Both the position numbers and the translations under genes were made by a program. This document shows, one piece after another, positions 26,848-36,028 of a stretch of DNA of 64,000 nt (positions are counted from its first letter, which is position 1; every line of letters starts with the position of its first letter). The notes under the pieces were generated by a model. That model had not been told where the DNA came from. It was given only the letters and a program-made list of their open reading frames with translations, and did not search any database. The DNA lies in IMG/VR virus record IMGVR_UViG_2747842506_000001, positions 16,081 to 80,080 of that record; one strand, written 5' to 3'. This stretch comes from a virus. Its lineage: Duplodnaviria; Caudoviricetes.

Positions 26848-27249
26848 CTAGGTTCCAGTCAGCTCCGTTTCCGGAGCCTTTGCGAAAGGGGACAGTTTTT
26901 CCAGCTTCCAGACCTTGAGAAGCACCGCGTACAATTCGTTGCGATTTGCAGCAAATTGTTCCGAAATGCAGTCACTGTTTGCAAGTCGCACAGATTTCTT
27001 GCCCCTGTTCACGACTGTGACGGTGGAAAGGGTGGTTTCCACAAGCCAGCGGAAATCGGAGTCCGACATATCGGAAATCGTACTCGCGAGCGTTGCAAAG
27101 GCGTTCATTTCGTCGGAAAAGTCCATTCCATATTGAGCCATGCGCCCGATAAGGCCAAGAACCTTTCTGTCGAGGTTTAACGCCTCGAAACCAGTGTGGG
27201 GAATGAGCTGATAGTCGCTTTCACCGATTCTGAAATTTATGACGTCCAT
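26848..27249 (-). CDS. Tail assembly chaperone (gpG-like)
   Basis: Between tube and tape measure; ends with a slippery site. Confidence 0.7.
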   Translation of the reverse strand: MDVINFRIGESDYQLIPHTGFEALNLDRKVLGLIGRMAQYGMDFSDEMNAFATLASTISDMSDSDFRWLVETTLSTVTVVNRGKKSVRLANSDCISEQFAANRNELYAVLLKVWKLEKLSPFAKAPETELTGT

Positions 27250-27252
27250 TCC

Positions 27253-27666
27253 TTACCCCTCGAATACGGCTTCGCCCTTGACGCGCAGGGTGACTGTTCT
27301 TGCCGTTGCAGCGCGTCCTCGCGTTGCGTCGCCCATGCTATGAATCCAACACTGGCCCAGGATGGAAAATGGGCCGTTCAAGTCCACGAAGGCAAAGACA
27401 TAGGGACCCGCCTTGGTTGTTTCGTCTGCGATACGCAGGGTTTCCAGCTTGGCGAGCTGGGGGCTGGTCTGCATGAAGGGAAGGGTGACCTTGTAGAGCT
27501 TTCTCACCATTCGGGAGCGTTCGACGCAGCCGTTGCTACCCTCGGTGACTTCCCATTCGTCACCCTCCTTGGTGATAACAACATCGCCGACAAAATCGGA
27601 AAGTTCGACTCCTTCGACGGAAATGTTTACCAGCGTGTGGTCATAGGTTCCAACAAGATTAGACAT
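27253..27666 (-). CDS. Tail tube protein (DUF3277-like)
   Basis: TYD..V.ISV.G, EGSNG, VTLPFMQTSP; follows the sheath gene. Confidence 0.75.
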   Translation of the reverse strand: MSNLVGTYDHTLVNISVEGVELSDFVGDVVITKEGDEWEVTEGSNGCVERSRMVRKLYKVTLPFMQTSPQLAKLETLRIADETTKAGPYVFAFVDLNGPFSILGQCWIHSMGDATRGRAATARTVTLRVKGEAVFEG

Positions 27667-27678
27667 TTGGTGTTCTCC

Positions 27679-28779
27679 TTACAGGGTGACTGTGAGTTCC
27701 ACGTTCTTGACGGTATGAATGGAGTTGAGCCTGGAATAACGGCCCTTTACAAGCGGCAGATTTCGCGCCTGCACATCCGATGCATAGTTGGTCTTGAGGT
27801 ATTCATAGTTCTTGACGTCAACGGTGAAGCCTTCCATGATGTACTGGTGATCGGTGTCAGAAGCCTTGGCGAATACCTGGAGAATGGCTGCAGCGATGCT
27901 GTTGATGCCGCTGTCATTGTAGGTGACGCCATGACCGTCATTTGCTTCGCCAAGAAGGCTGTAGATTTTCGTCTGGACGTTGAAACGAATCCAGTCGTCC
28001 TTTGCGATATTGTCGATGAAGCTGGCCGGGGACTGTTCCCCGGTACTATCCAGCAGGACATTCTTTCCGCTAGTGCTACCCATGAAAACGCGAGCTTCGC
28101 CAGCTGCGTTTGCATAGACGTTGATGTTGGCGGCGACAAGTGCGTCAAAGACGGATTTCTTGTAGCTGTCATATTCCACGTTCTTGACCTTCTTATGGGC
28201 GAAAGTGCCGCGAGCGGAGTCAAGGGCGCATCTGCTGGAGACAAGGGAGGCGGCAAGGTTGCCGGATGCGTGGTGCTGATAGAGAGCCACGCGTTCGCTT
28301 GTGGACTTGAGAAGTGTCTCGGAAAGCGCGATGATTGCAGCGAAGCCTTCGCTAGCATCGTCAAGTTCCAGATGGAGAATCTTGAAATTCTCGCCAAGAT
28401 AGGTGTTCCAGCCACCAGTCTTTGTAAACTCGGTGGCGGCAGGAATGACGTTCCCGTCGAACTTGGCTACAATATGGTAGAAGTCCAGGGAGTTATCCTG
28501 GGCGAGCTTGATTGCAGCAAGGGCGTCCGTAAAGGACTGGGCCTTGATTGCGATAACCTTGGCGGGGCAGGCTCCCTGGGAGAAGGCGCTTGCCACCATT
28601 CCATAAAGAAGGCTGTCCGTTCCGAATACCTCCGCATCCTCGGAGCTGGAACATTCAAGGAAATCCGGGCCGTTTTCGGCGGGACCAACGACCGCCATGG
28701 TATTGACGCTTGTAGTGGAGACTGTGGAAATAGCCTCGTTTATGCTGATCTTGACGATGGAGTCGATAATCTGCGCCAT
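27679..28779 (-). CDS. Tail sheath protein (DUF3383-like)
   Basis: IVKISI, FGTDS, GTFAHKKVKNV, NINVY, FIDNIAKDDW, VTYNDSGI, SIHTV. Confidence 0.8.
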   Translation of the reverse strand: MAQIIDSIVKISINEAISTVSTTSVNTMAVVGPAENGPDFLECSSSEDAEVFGTDSLLYGMVASAFSQGACPAKVIAIKAQSFTDALAAIKLAQDNSLDFYHIVAKFDGNVIPAATEFTKTGGWNTYLGENFKILHLELDDASEGFAAIIALSETLLKSTSERVALYQHHASGNLAASLVSSRCALDSARGTFAHKKVKNVEYDSYKKSVFDALVAANINVYANAAGEARVFMGSTSGKNVLLDSTGEQSPASFIDNIAKDDWIRFNVQTKIYSLLGEANDGHGVTYNDSGINSIAAAILQVFAKASDTDHQYIMEGFTVDVKNYEYLKTNYASDVQARNLPLVKGRYSRLNSIHTVKNVELTVTL

Positions 28780-28787
28780 CTGTTCTC

Positions 28788-29258
28788 CTATTGTTTTTCG
28801 AATGTTAAGGGTGAGACGGTTTCAATCCTCTGCAATTCGACCGCGACTTCATCCGTGAAGTTCGCCTGGAACGAGAAACGCCATTGTCGCACATAGAACT
28901 TGCCATCATAGGTGTCTATGGCTGTGACGTCTGTCGGTTGCCAGACTGTGAAGCCGTTCTCCCTTGCGAACTGGGTGAATTGCGGAAGTTCCAGCTCGTT
29001 TCTTACGCTTCGGAGCAGGTTGCCATCGCCTTCAACCTCGACGAGGTGGATGTTGGCGACTTGGCTGAATCGGTAGGCGTCAACGCCTGGGGATGGCGTC
29101 AGCTTGCGTCCATATTGTTCCACTGAATCGATTCCAACAGCGACATAGCACCCAACGGGGGCGGGACTGTTGGTCGGGCTTTTCAGGAACTGGACGGGAA
29201 ATCTTTCGCTGGTGTTGAAGTACCTGCAGATCGCTCCCTTTATGTCCTCGACGTTCAC
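28788..29258 (-). CDS. Neck/tail-terminator protein
   Basis: Position immediately before the sheath; 156 aa. Confidence 0.55.
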   Translation of the reverse strand: MNVEDIKGAICRYFNTSERFPVQFLKSPTNSPAPVGCYVAVGIDSVEQYGRKLTPSPGVDAYRFSQVANIHLVEVEGDGNLLRSVRNELELPQFTQFARENGFTVWQPTDVTAIDTYDGKFYVRQWRFSFQANFTDEVAVELQRIETVSPLTFEKQ

Positions 29259-29626
29259 TTGAGCGCCTCCGGAATCTGGGCTGGCGGGACCTTGCTCGCG
29301 ATGTACTTCCAGTGGGTAATATTCGGAAGATTGCCGTAAACAAGCTCATCAACGATTTCATACCAGTAGCCGCCTTGCTTGACATATCCGATTGCCTCTA
29401 TACCGTCCTGTGTCCTTGCTGCAAGTTTCTCGCTGGAATAGACCTTGACCATGCCCGTATTGCGCGAACCTTCGCTGTACGCGATAGCTTCTTCGCCTGT
29501 AACGGGTTGAATTGTTCCGCGAACAGTCCTTTGAGAAAGTTTGCCAGGAACGGAGTTCCCTTCCAGATCGGCGGTAGGCTTTCCCAGTTCGCTATAGAGG
29601 AATGTCCTAGCGAATAACGTTGCCAC
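29255..29626 (-). CDS. Head-closure protein
   Basis: VRGTIQPVTG..EGSR..VKVYS pattern; position. Confidence 0.6.
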   Translation of the reverse strand: MATLFARTFLYSELGKPTADLEGNSVPGKLSQRTVRGTIQPVTGEEAIAYSEGSRNTGMVKVYSSEKLAARTQDGIEAIGYVKQGGYWYEIVDELVYGNLPNITHWKYIASKVPPAQIPEALK

Positions 29627-30017
29627 CGCAGAACCCCTGCATCCTTACTGCGCCCGTAACGCCCGGACGCGGTGAATACTGTTTTCTCAACAGAAGGAAC
29701 TGTTGTCCGAAGCTGGTGCTGGAAAGCCAGGCATCATCGTCGTTGCCTTTTGTGCTTCCATAGGAAACGGAAATGTCGCCCTCGCGTTTGCTGGTGACGG
29801 TTCCTGCATCCCCGTCAGTTCCCCTTGACTCAAGGGCGGCAAGATGGCAGACGAGAAGCGAAAGAGCATAGACGTAGGCCTTCTTGAAATAGCAGGCGCT
29901 TACATGGTGGGAGGCTCCCATGATCCAGGCGTCAAGTCGCTTGCTGTCCGCGTATTCCGGCGGAAGGTAGGCTATGAGTTCGTCCTTCTGTTCATCACTT
30001 ATTGGAAGCGGAATCAT
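29607..30017 (-). CDS. Head-tail adaptor (DUF4054-like)
   Basis: LLVCHLAAL, GTVTSKREGDISVSY, WLSSTSFGQQF; likely start MIPLP. Confidence 0.75.
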   Translation of the reverse strand: MIPLPISDEQKDELIAYLPPEYADSKRLDAWIMGASHHVSACYFKKAYVYALSLLVCHLAALESRGTDGDAGTVTSKREGDISVSYGSTKGNDDDAWLSSTSFGQQFLLLRKQYSPRPGVTGAVRMQGFCGGNVIR

Positions 30018-30381
30018 TGAGCTTCTTTGCCTCCATTTCCTGCTTCTGCTGTTTCTGTTTTTCCTTGGCGGCGTCCCATTCGCGGTCAAAGTCGTCAAGT
30101 TCCTTCTTCCTTGCGTCAGCGGCTCGTTTTACGCCAGCGTCCTTCTTCTTGACGCTGTTCTCGATTTCATCCACAATCTTCTGGCTGTTTGCCTTGGAAA
30201 TGGCGATGGTTGCGACGCCTGCGGTGACCTTGGACTCAAAGGAAAGGCGACCCTGTTTTTCCAGGGCCTTGATGATTGGGTGATTCCTGTCGATGCTGTT
30301 GTCCGGCACAATGTTTGAACCCGGAAGCAGAAGGACGCTTCCGATGTGGACTGTGCATTTCTGGTTGTTCATGACGAGCAT
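29995..30381 (-). CDS. Phage protein downstream of capsid
   Basis: Likely start MLVMNNQ; LLPGSN motif and coiled-coil tail. Confidence 0.55.
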   Translation of the reverse strand: MLVMNNQKCTVHIGSVLLLPGSNIVPDNSIDRNHPIIKALEKQGRLSFESKVTAGVATIAISKANSQKIVDEIENSVKKKDAGVKRAADARKKELDDFDREWDAAKEKQKQQKQEMEAKKLNDSASNK

Positions 30382-30418
30382 GGGGATATTCCTGTGGATC
30401 ACAAATGGGGAAGGGGGT

Positions 30419-30474
30419 AAAAAAAACTCCACCGCGACGGAAGGCTGGCCTGGAGAGGTGTCGTCGCGATGGAG
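30419..30474 (-). terminator. Terminator after major capsid gene
   Basis: Minus strand CTCCATCGCGACG...CGTCGCGGTGGAG followed by a T run. Confidence 0.65.
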
Positions 30475-30492
30475 CCGGGGAGGTATGCCCTA

Positions 30493-31410
30493 TTAGAGGC
30501 CGTCGGCGTAGGCTACGGCGTTGATGTTCTTGAAGGCAACGCCACCAATGCGGGTATAGCAGGGAACCTTATAGTGCAGCGCATCCTTCTGCGGTTCCTC
30601 CTGCTTGAACGGGATGGGAAGGCAGCGGGTGACCACGCTTGGGCTGTACTTGTAGATCATCGCGCGGGTGACGCCATCGGTTCCTGCGGAATCCAGCTTG
30701 GAACATTCTCGCCAGTTGGTGATGCCCTGTCCCTTGAAAATCTTTTCCAGGTATTCAAGGATGGTGAGGTCGCCGCCCTTTTCATCCTTGGGAGTGGTGG
30801 AGAGATAGACAAAGGCGTCATGGGGGAGCAAAACGGTGTCCGGCTTGACGGTGCGATGGGTGTTCGTCCTGACGGTGTCAATCATGGCCTGGAAGGTTGC
30901 GATGATTTCGTTCAGAGTCTTGGTCTTGATGGCGGTATCACCGGAAGCACCAACAGGAACAACGACGAGAGGCACGTTGGGGTTGTTGAGGAAGCCAGTG
31001 GTATTGGCTTCGGTATCGCCAACGAACAGAACTTCGTCCACCTTTTCGTCAATCTTTCGACGGGCGGTATCTGCTTCGTCGCGGGAAAGGTCGATGCCAG
31101 CGGTGAGCCACTGCATGAGTTCAAATTCGCTGTAGCCATAGGAAAGGCCGTATTCGCGGATTTCGTTGGTCTTGAGTTCGATTCCGCGGGAAACGGGCGG
31201 GAAATCCTCGGTATAGTCGCTGATGAGCTTTGCAACGCCCATTTCATTGACGATTTTGTAGCTCCAGGAACGGAGCCAGGGACCTACGCCAACCTGTGCT
31301 GGGATGAAGGAAAGCGCATCGAGGCTTTCACGTTCTAGCCCGTAGGTTTCCACGATAATCTGGTTGAACAGGCGGCTGATCCTGTTGAGTTCATTGTCTT
31401 GAAAGACCAT
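30493..31410 (-). CDS. Major capsid protein (DUF2184/encapsulin-like HK97 fold)
   Basis: YGYSEFEL, GFLNNPNV, PDTVLLP, TILEYL, RIGGVAF..AVAYADGL. Confidence 0.85.
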   Translation of the reverse strand: MVFQDNELNRISRLFNQIIVETYGLERESLDALSFIPAQVGVGPWLRSWSYKIVNEMGVAKLISDYTEDFPPVSRGIELKTNEIREYGLSYGYSEFELMQWLTAGIDLSRDEADTARRKIDEKVDEVLFVGDTEANTTGFLNNPNVPLVVVPVGASGDTAIKTKTLNEIIATFQAMIDTVRTNTHRTVKPDTVLLPHDAFVYLSTTPKDEKGGDLTILEYLEKIFKGQGITNWRECSKLDSAGTDGVTRAMIYKYSPSVVTRCLPIPFKQEEPQKDALHYKVPCYTRIGGVAFKNINAVAYADGL

Positions 31411-31424
31411 TGTTCTTCTGCTCC

Positions 31425-31859
31425 TTAAATGATTTCCAGTTCTGCGAGTTCGCCATCTGCGGCGTCAGTCTTGAACATTCCGCCAGGGATTTGAACCGCG
31501 CCTGTGGAGGTTGCGGTGATGGCGTTGTTGGTCTCGTTGACGTAAGCGGAGTCACCAGCCTTGACTTCGCCAAGCACGCGTACATAGAGACGTCCCTTCT
31601 TGAGGACATTGACGGTCATGCCAGCCTTATAGCTGTCGTTATAGAGGGTGCGCTGGGCAATACCGAGGAAGGCGCCGTTTTCCGGCTTATCCACATAGAC
31701 CTTGCCAGCTTCGCCAGCCTCGCCAGTCTTGATCCAGAGAACGAAACCGCCCTCGGAATCCTTATCCTGTTGCATTACGCCAGTTTCAATGGAGTGGGTG
31801 ACGCAGGGAAATGCAAGTCCAGGTGCGCCCTTCATGCCATGCTGATTTTCAAAGGACAT
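31425..31859 (-). CDS. Capsid decoration/cement protein
   Basis: FLGIA, VNVLKKGRLYV pattern; directly upstream of the capsid gene. Confidence 0.7.
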   Translation of the reverse strand: MSFENQHGMKGAPGLAFPCVTHSIETGVMQQDKDSEGGFVLWIKTGEAGEAGKVYVDKPENGAFLGIAQRTLYNDSYKAGMTVNVLKKGRLYVRVLGEVKAGDSAYVNETNNAITATSTGAVQIPGGMFKTDAADGELAELEII

Positions 31860-31861
31860 TT

Positions 31862-32989
31862 TTAGCCCTCCTTCTTGATGGAGACTTCGCTGTATTTCTT
31901 GTTCATGGCCTGGAATGCTTCTTCCGGGTCAGCGCCATCCGCCATGTGGGTCATGTTCGGGGCGAGCGGGGACTTCTTGTCCTTGGGGGAGGTGGAATCC
32001 GCGAGCTTAATCATGGCGGCGTCATAGGCTGCAGCGATGTAGTCTGCGCTCTTGCCATCGAGAACCATTTCCGGGTAGGCGCTCTTTACCAGCGCGCTTC
32101 TGATGGAATCCACGCTGTCAGTAGCCTTGACTTCCACGCCAAACTTCTTTGCATTGTCAAGCAGGGCGACCTTCTCGTTTACGAGCTGGTTGATAGTGGC
32201 TTCGTCCTTTGCCTTCGCCTTGAGCTGATCCCGTTCGGAGAGGGCTGCGTCGCGAGCTGCAGTCATGGAGTCCAGCTGACCTTGGAGCGCCTTGGACTGT
32301 TGCTGTGCTTCGTCGCGAGCTTTCTGCGCGGCATGGAGGGTGTCAATGACTTTCTCGTCGGCTTCGTATTCGGCACCGTCGATAATGAGCTTTCTTGCCA
32401 TTCTGTTTTCTCCTGGCCCGTTCTGGGCTGTTCGTTTTTCACTAAAGATTCTGTCGAAGTCGGCGCTGTCGCCGATTCTAAAGCGCACTCCGTCACCAGC
32501 GCGCCCCTCGCGAACGAGAGCGATATGGTTGTAACGGATATCCTTCATGGCTTCGTCATAGGCGACGCCCTGCCAGTTGCCCTTGCCACGTTCCAGCCCT
32601 GCGTCATATCCGCAGGAAACAGCTCTTACACGACCCTCGCGCATTTCCTTGATGGCTTCTGCGTCCGTGATCGTCATTGTGACATAGGCGTTCAACCCGT
32701 CCCAGCTTGCATCCGTTCCGGTAAAGCCTACCTGGAGTTTCTTGGCGTTCTCTGGGGAAACGTCCTGCATGGGGTGGAGAAGCGTTACGGGCTTTGAATT
32801 AAGGCTGTCGATGCTGTCCTGTGAGGAAACTTCCTTGACGGGGCGCAGTCTGCGCTTTATTCCGTCCGCGGTCATGTAGCTGAAAACGCCAGCGCCTGTG
32901 ACGCGGATTTTGCCCGTGAGATAGCCCTCCGGGGTAGTCCTGAAAACAGTCTGGTCGAAATCGTTATAATCGCGGAGCGTTTCGTTCAT
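31862..32989 (-). CDS. DUF2213-type head maturation protease/scaffold
   Basis: TPEGYL, GVFSY, KPVTLLHP, VSCGY, YNHIALVREGRAG; coiled-coil C-terminus. Confidence 0.85.
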   Translation of the reverse strand: MNETLRDYNDFDQTVFRTTPEGYLTGKIRVTGAGVFSYMTADGIKRRLRPVKEVSSQDSIDSLNSKPVTLLHPMQDVSPENAKKLQVGFTGTDASWDGLNAYVTMTITDAEAIKEMREGRVRAVSCGYDAGLERGKGNWQGVAYDEAMKDIRYNHIALVREGRAGDGVRFRIGDSADFDRIFSEKRTAQNGPGENRMARKLIIDGAEYEADEKVIDTLHAAQKARDEAQQQSKALQGQLDSMTAARDAALSERDQLKAKAKDEATINQLVNEKVALLDNAKKFGVEVKATDSVDSIRSALVKSAYPEMVLDGKSADYIAAAYDAAMIKLADSTSPKDKKSPLAPNMTHMADGADPEEAFQAMNKKYSEVSIKKEG

Positions 32990-33169
32990 GCCCCAAATTT
33001 AGAGGCGCAAACAGTCTGTACGGGGATTTCACCAAAAGGCGTATAAACAGCCCCAAAAACACCAAAAAACAGCGTAAGCGTCGCTACAAGCGCGGTATAG
33101 CCTGTGCGGACTGGGTACAAAAAAAGCCCCGCTTTTTAGCGAGGCTTGTGGAATGAATTGAATGTCTTT

Positions 33170-33571
33170 TTACCTGGACCTTCCTGTACTATGCCCATAT
33201 TGGTCATAGTAATTTACAGAACCGTCATTGTTGATTTGGGCGCGTCCCGTGCTGTGCCCATATTGGTCATAATAGTTGATTGTGTTCCCGTTTCGGACAG
33301 CTCTGCCTGTGTTATGTCCGTACTGGTCATAGAACGTGGACTGGTTGCCATTATAGGAAGTTCTGCCAGTATTATGCCCATATTGGTCATAATGAACAGA
33401 TTGGTTCTTTCCATGGCTTGAACGTCCTGTGTTATGTCCGTATTGGTCGTAATATTGGGTTTGATTTCCATTAGTGGAAGATCGTCCGGTGCTGTGACCG
33501 TACTGATCGTAGTAATTTTCTGCAAAAGCAAGGGCTGCAGAAGCAATAATGCAAAGCAAAATTTTCTTCAT
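33170..33571 (-). CDS. Secreted protein with six ~20-aa YDQYGH(S/N)TGR repeats
   Basis: Signal peptide MKKILLCIIASAALAFA; ~60-bp tandem repeats; GGAGG RBS; terminator at ~33121-33147. Confidence 0.85.
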   Translation of the reverse strand: MKKILLCIIASAALAFAENYYDQYGHSTGRSSTNGNQTQYYDQYGHNTGRSSHGKNQSVHYDQYGHNTGRTSYNGNQSTFYDQYGHNTGRAVRNGNTINYYDQYGHSTGRAQINNDGSVNYYDQYGHSTGRSR

Positions 33572-33687
33572 GATGAACCTCCGATTTGTTTACCCTTAAT
33601 TTAAATCCAGGTGACTGACATAAAATGTCAAATTGCAGCAAATCGCAAAATGTCGCCAGCCAAGCGACAAAATTTTTCCTACATTAT

Positions 33688-33745
33688 GGTTCCTCCTAAC
33701 CCCCAAAAGCTGGCGATAGTTTCGACTGTCGCCAGTTCTTTTTTT
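33688..33745 (+). ncRNA. Candidate small RNA with anti-Shine-Dalgarno seed
   Basis: TACATT at 33680, then TTCCTCCTAACCCCC, 11-bp hairpin CTGGCGATAGT-TTCG-ACTGTCGCCAG and U-tract; no credible plus-strand gene upstream. Confidence 0.4.
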
Positions 33746-33802
33746 ATGGAAAACAAAAATCCCCCAGCCGTGAGGCCAGGGGAGACAAAATTGGAATACT
33801 GG

Positions 33803-34396
33803 TTAGATTCGTTGAGCCATCTGCACAAGATTGTTTTTGGCACTTACATTGAATTCTACAAATCCGTTATCTTGATAGAATTTGATAAGCTTCGGATTAT
33901 TTTCGCATTCAAGAAAAACTATCCCTCCACCGACCATATGCTGACATTCCTTAATGACGCCCATGCAAATGTTCATCAGGTCATTTCCACTCAACGCATT
34001 GCTTGCCTTATCAAGGCAATTTTTTCCAAATTGTGCTATAAGATAGGCAGAAGCAACGTAAACTTTACGACTGCTGTCGTATGTGGCGAACTTTGACCAT
34101 TTTTTCTTTACGACGTTCGATTTTTCAACAAATTTTGCGGGGATTGCAATCGGCTTCACGGTAAGGCTAAAGTAGCCTTGCAAACCTAGACCATCTTCGC
34201 ATAGAACAAGATAGGTGACCGACAGTTTTTGCTTAGAAAAATCAAGAGCCTTTTTCTTCAGAAAGGATTCCACATCCTCGTTTTTTTGGCCCTCTTTGTA
34301 TTCGCTGGAAAAATTTTTTATTTCTTCCTGAATTTTCAGTTTGCCTTCCGATTCAAGTAAATCTTCAAGCCTAAAATGCAAAGAGGTTGCACTCAT
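33803..34396 (-). CDS. GNAT-family acetyltransferase (toxin-like)
   Basis: NEDVESFLKKKA, TYLV, GYFSL, AYLIAQFGKN, VGGGIVFLEC, LIKFYQDNGF; ATGA overlap with the upstream small gene. Confidence 0.8.
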   Translation of the reverse strand: MSATSLHFRLEDLLESEGKLKIQEEIKNFSSEYKEGQKNEDVESFLKKKALDFSKQKLSVTYLVLCEDGLGLQGYFSLTVKPIAIPAKFVEKSNVVKKKWSKFATYDSSRKVYVASAYLIAQFGKNCLDKASNALSGNDLMNICMGVIKECQHMVGGGIVFLECENNPKLIKFYQDNGFVEFNVSAKNNLVQMAQRI

Positions 34397-34560
34397 TTTG
34401 CAAACAGCTTGTTGATTCGTTTCAGGTCTGATGTTTTCTTGGAACACGCTACGGAAGTCCACTTGGACTTGCGTCCGGACTTTTCCAAAGCGTTCAACAA
34501 GGAATCAGCAACGGACTGACTCCTTACAGAAAAATCTTTTGAAATGCTTGCAGTAGACAT
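34393..34560 (-). CDS. 55-aa putative antitoxin partner of the GNAT
   Basis: MSTASISKDFSV..ADSLLNALE; GAGG RBS; translationally coupled to the GNAT gene. Confidence 0.6.
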   Translation of the reverse strand: MSTASISKDFSVRSQSVADSLLNALEKSGRKSKWTSVACSKKTSDLKRINKLFAK

Positions 34561-36028
34561 AAATGACCTCTTGTGTAAATATAATAAATCCAAGCAAGAA
34601 ATGCAAATCAACCGTACCCACAAAAGCAGGAAATGTAGCTTATTTCTTTAAAATCAACGCATTCCTGAAGGCCCTGTCAATCTTGAAATGGTTTGTTTCC
34701 TGGTAGATTTCTTCCTTCTGTCCGCCAAGACCAATGCTACGCAGATAAACATTTCGCGGATTGTTGTTGGTCTGGATTCCAGACAGGCGGATATAACGGT
34801 TAGAGGCGTTGGTCGTCGTAAAAATCAAGGAATCCTTACGGATCATTTCAAGAGGGCGCAGGTTGTGTGACGTGAACAGCAGGCGACCCTTGGCCTTGTC
34901 ATCTATGATATTCAGGATTTCTCCCAACAGGTATTCATAGATACCCGCATCCAGTTCATCAACAGCCAGGAATGTCGCCGGATTGTTGTAAACGGCAATA
35001 AGGATGCTCAGAATGGAGATAATCTTCTTGATGCCTTCGGATTCGTAACGTAGAGGAATTGCGTCGGCATCGCCCTTTTTGGAAAGAAGCTCGAAGCGGA
35101 CACCTTCTTCTCCCTTTGGAGTCTGCTGGGCACCCTTGTTGTCCACAACGACATTGAGGCCAGGAACGATTTCCTGCAGAACCACGTTCATTTCATTGAA
35201 GGACTTGTCGATAATGTCGAAAAGCTCCTTGACGACGATGTTTGCGCCCTGTAGGGAAATCTGGACGGTTCCGAAGGACAGGTCCCTGTTTTCCTTATGC
35301 AGGAAATTGAACGGGAATGCGAAGTCGATGTTGAACGGACTTTTTCCGTTGCTCTTGATAACAAACAGGTTGACCTGCGCAAAGAAACGGATTCTGTCAA
35401 TTACGGAAAGCCTGGCGGCGGGGCTTTTGTCGGAAGCCTTCATAAAGGCGTCGAAGTCCCTGGAGAACAGCATTGACCTGTGTTCGCGGGAAGTGACTTC
35501 CTTTTGGACTTCAAACTTGATTGAAGATTCCTTGGTTTCAAAAGCGAAAGCGAAGTCCTGGGCCGGGCAAATCCAGTCATTCTGCATGGACTTGTCGATG
35601 CTAACCAGAACCTTCGAAGCCTTTCCCTTTTTCCTTTCGGAAACCTGTTCAAAGAAAACCTCTACACCTTCCTGCTCAATTCGCTTGATTCGGAAGGTAT
35701 ATTCCACAATGCCTTCTGCTTTGCCATCTGCGTCAAGAACGTCAAACGCGACAGTGCATTCGGCGAAATCCTTTCCGCACATGATCAAGTTCTCGTAGGA
35801 ATTAGGAAGCGCTTCGCCCCTTGCGACCTTCTGGAACATTTCCAGGGCGTCAATAAGGGCGGTCTTTCCGGAGCCGTTCTGGCCATAGACCCCAAGAATG
35901 TTGTTCTTGAAGTCGACAGAGCCGGAAACCACGTTCTTGAAGTTCGTGAGAGCTATAGACTTGATCTGGACGAAAGTGTCTTATCCTGAAAAAAGTTGAC
36001 ACTATACAAAAAGGCAGGTATAGTGCAA

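Noticed and set aside
27196-28896. 566-aa plus-strand ORF and other long antisense ORFs (e.g. 30469-31338, 31811-32797, 25088-26035, 60934-61896, 61881-62972)
   Set aside because: Shadow frames of well-supported genes on the opposite strand; no motifs or RBS.
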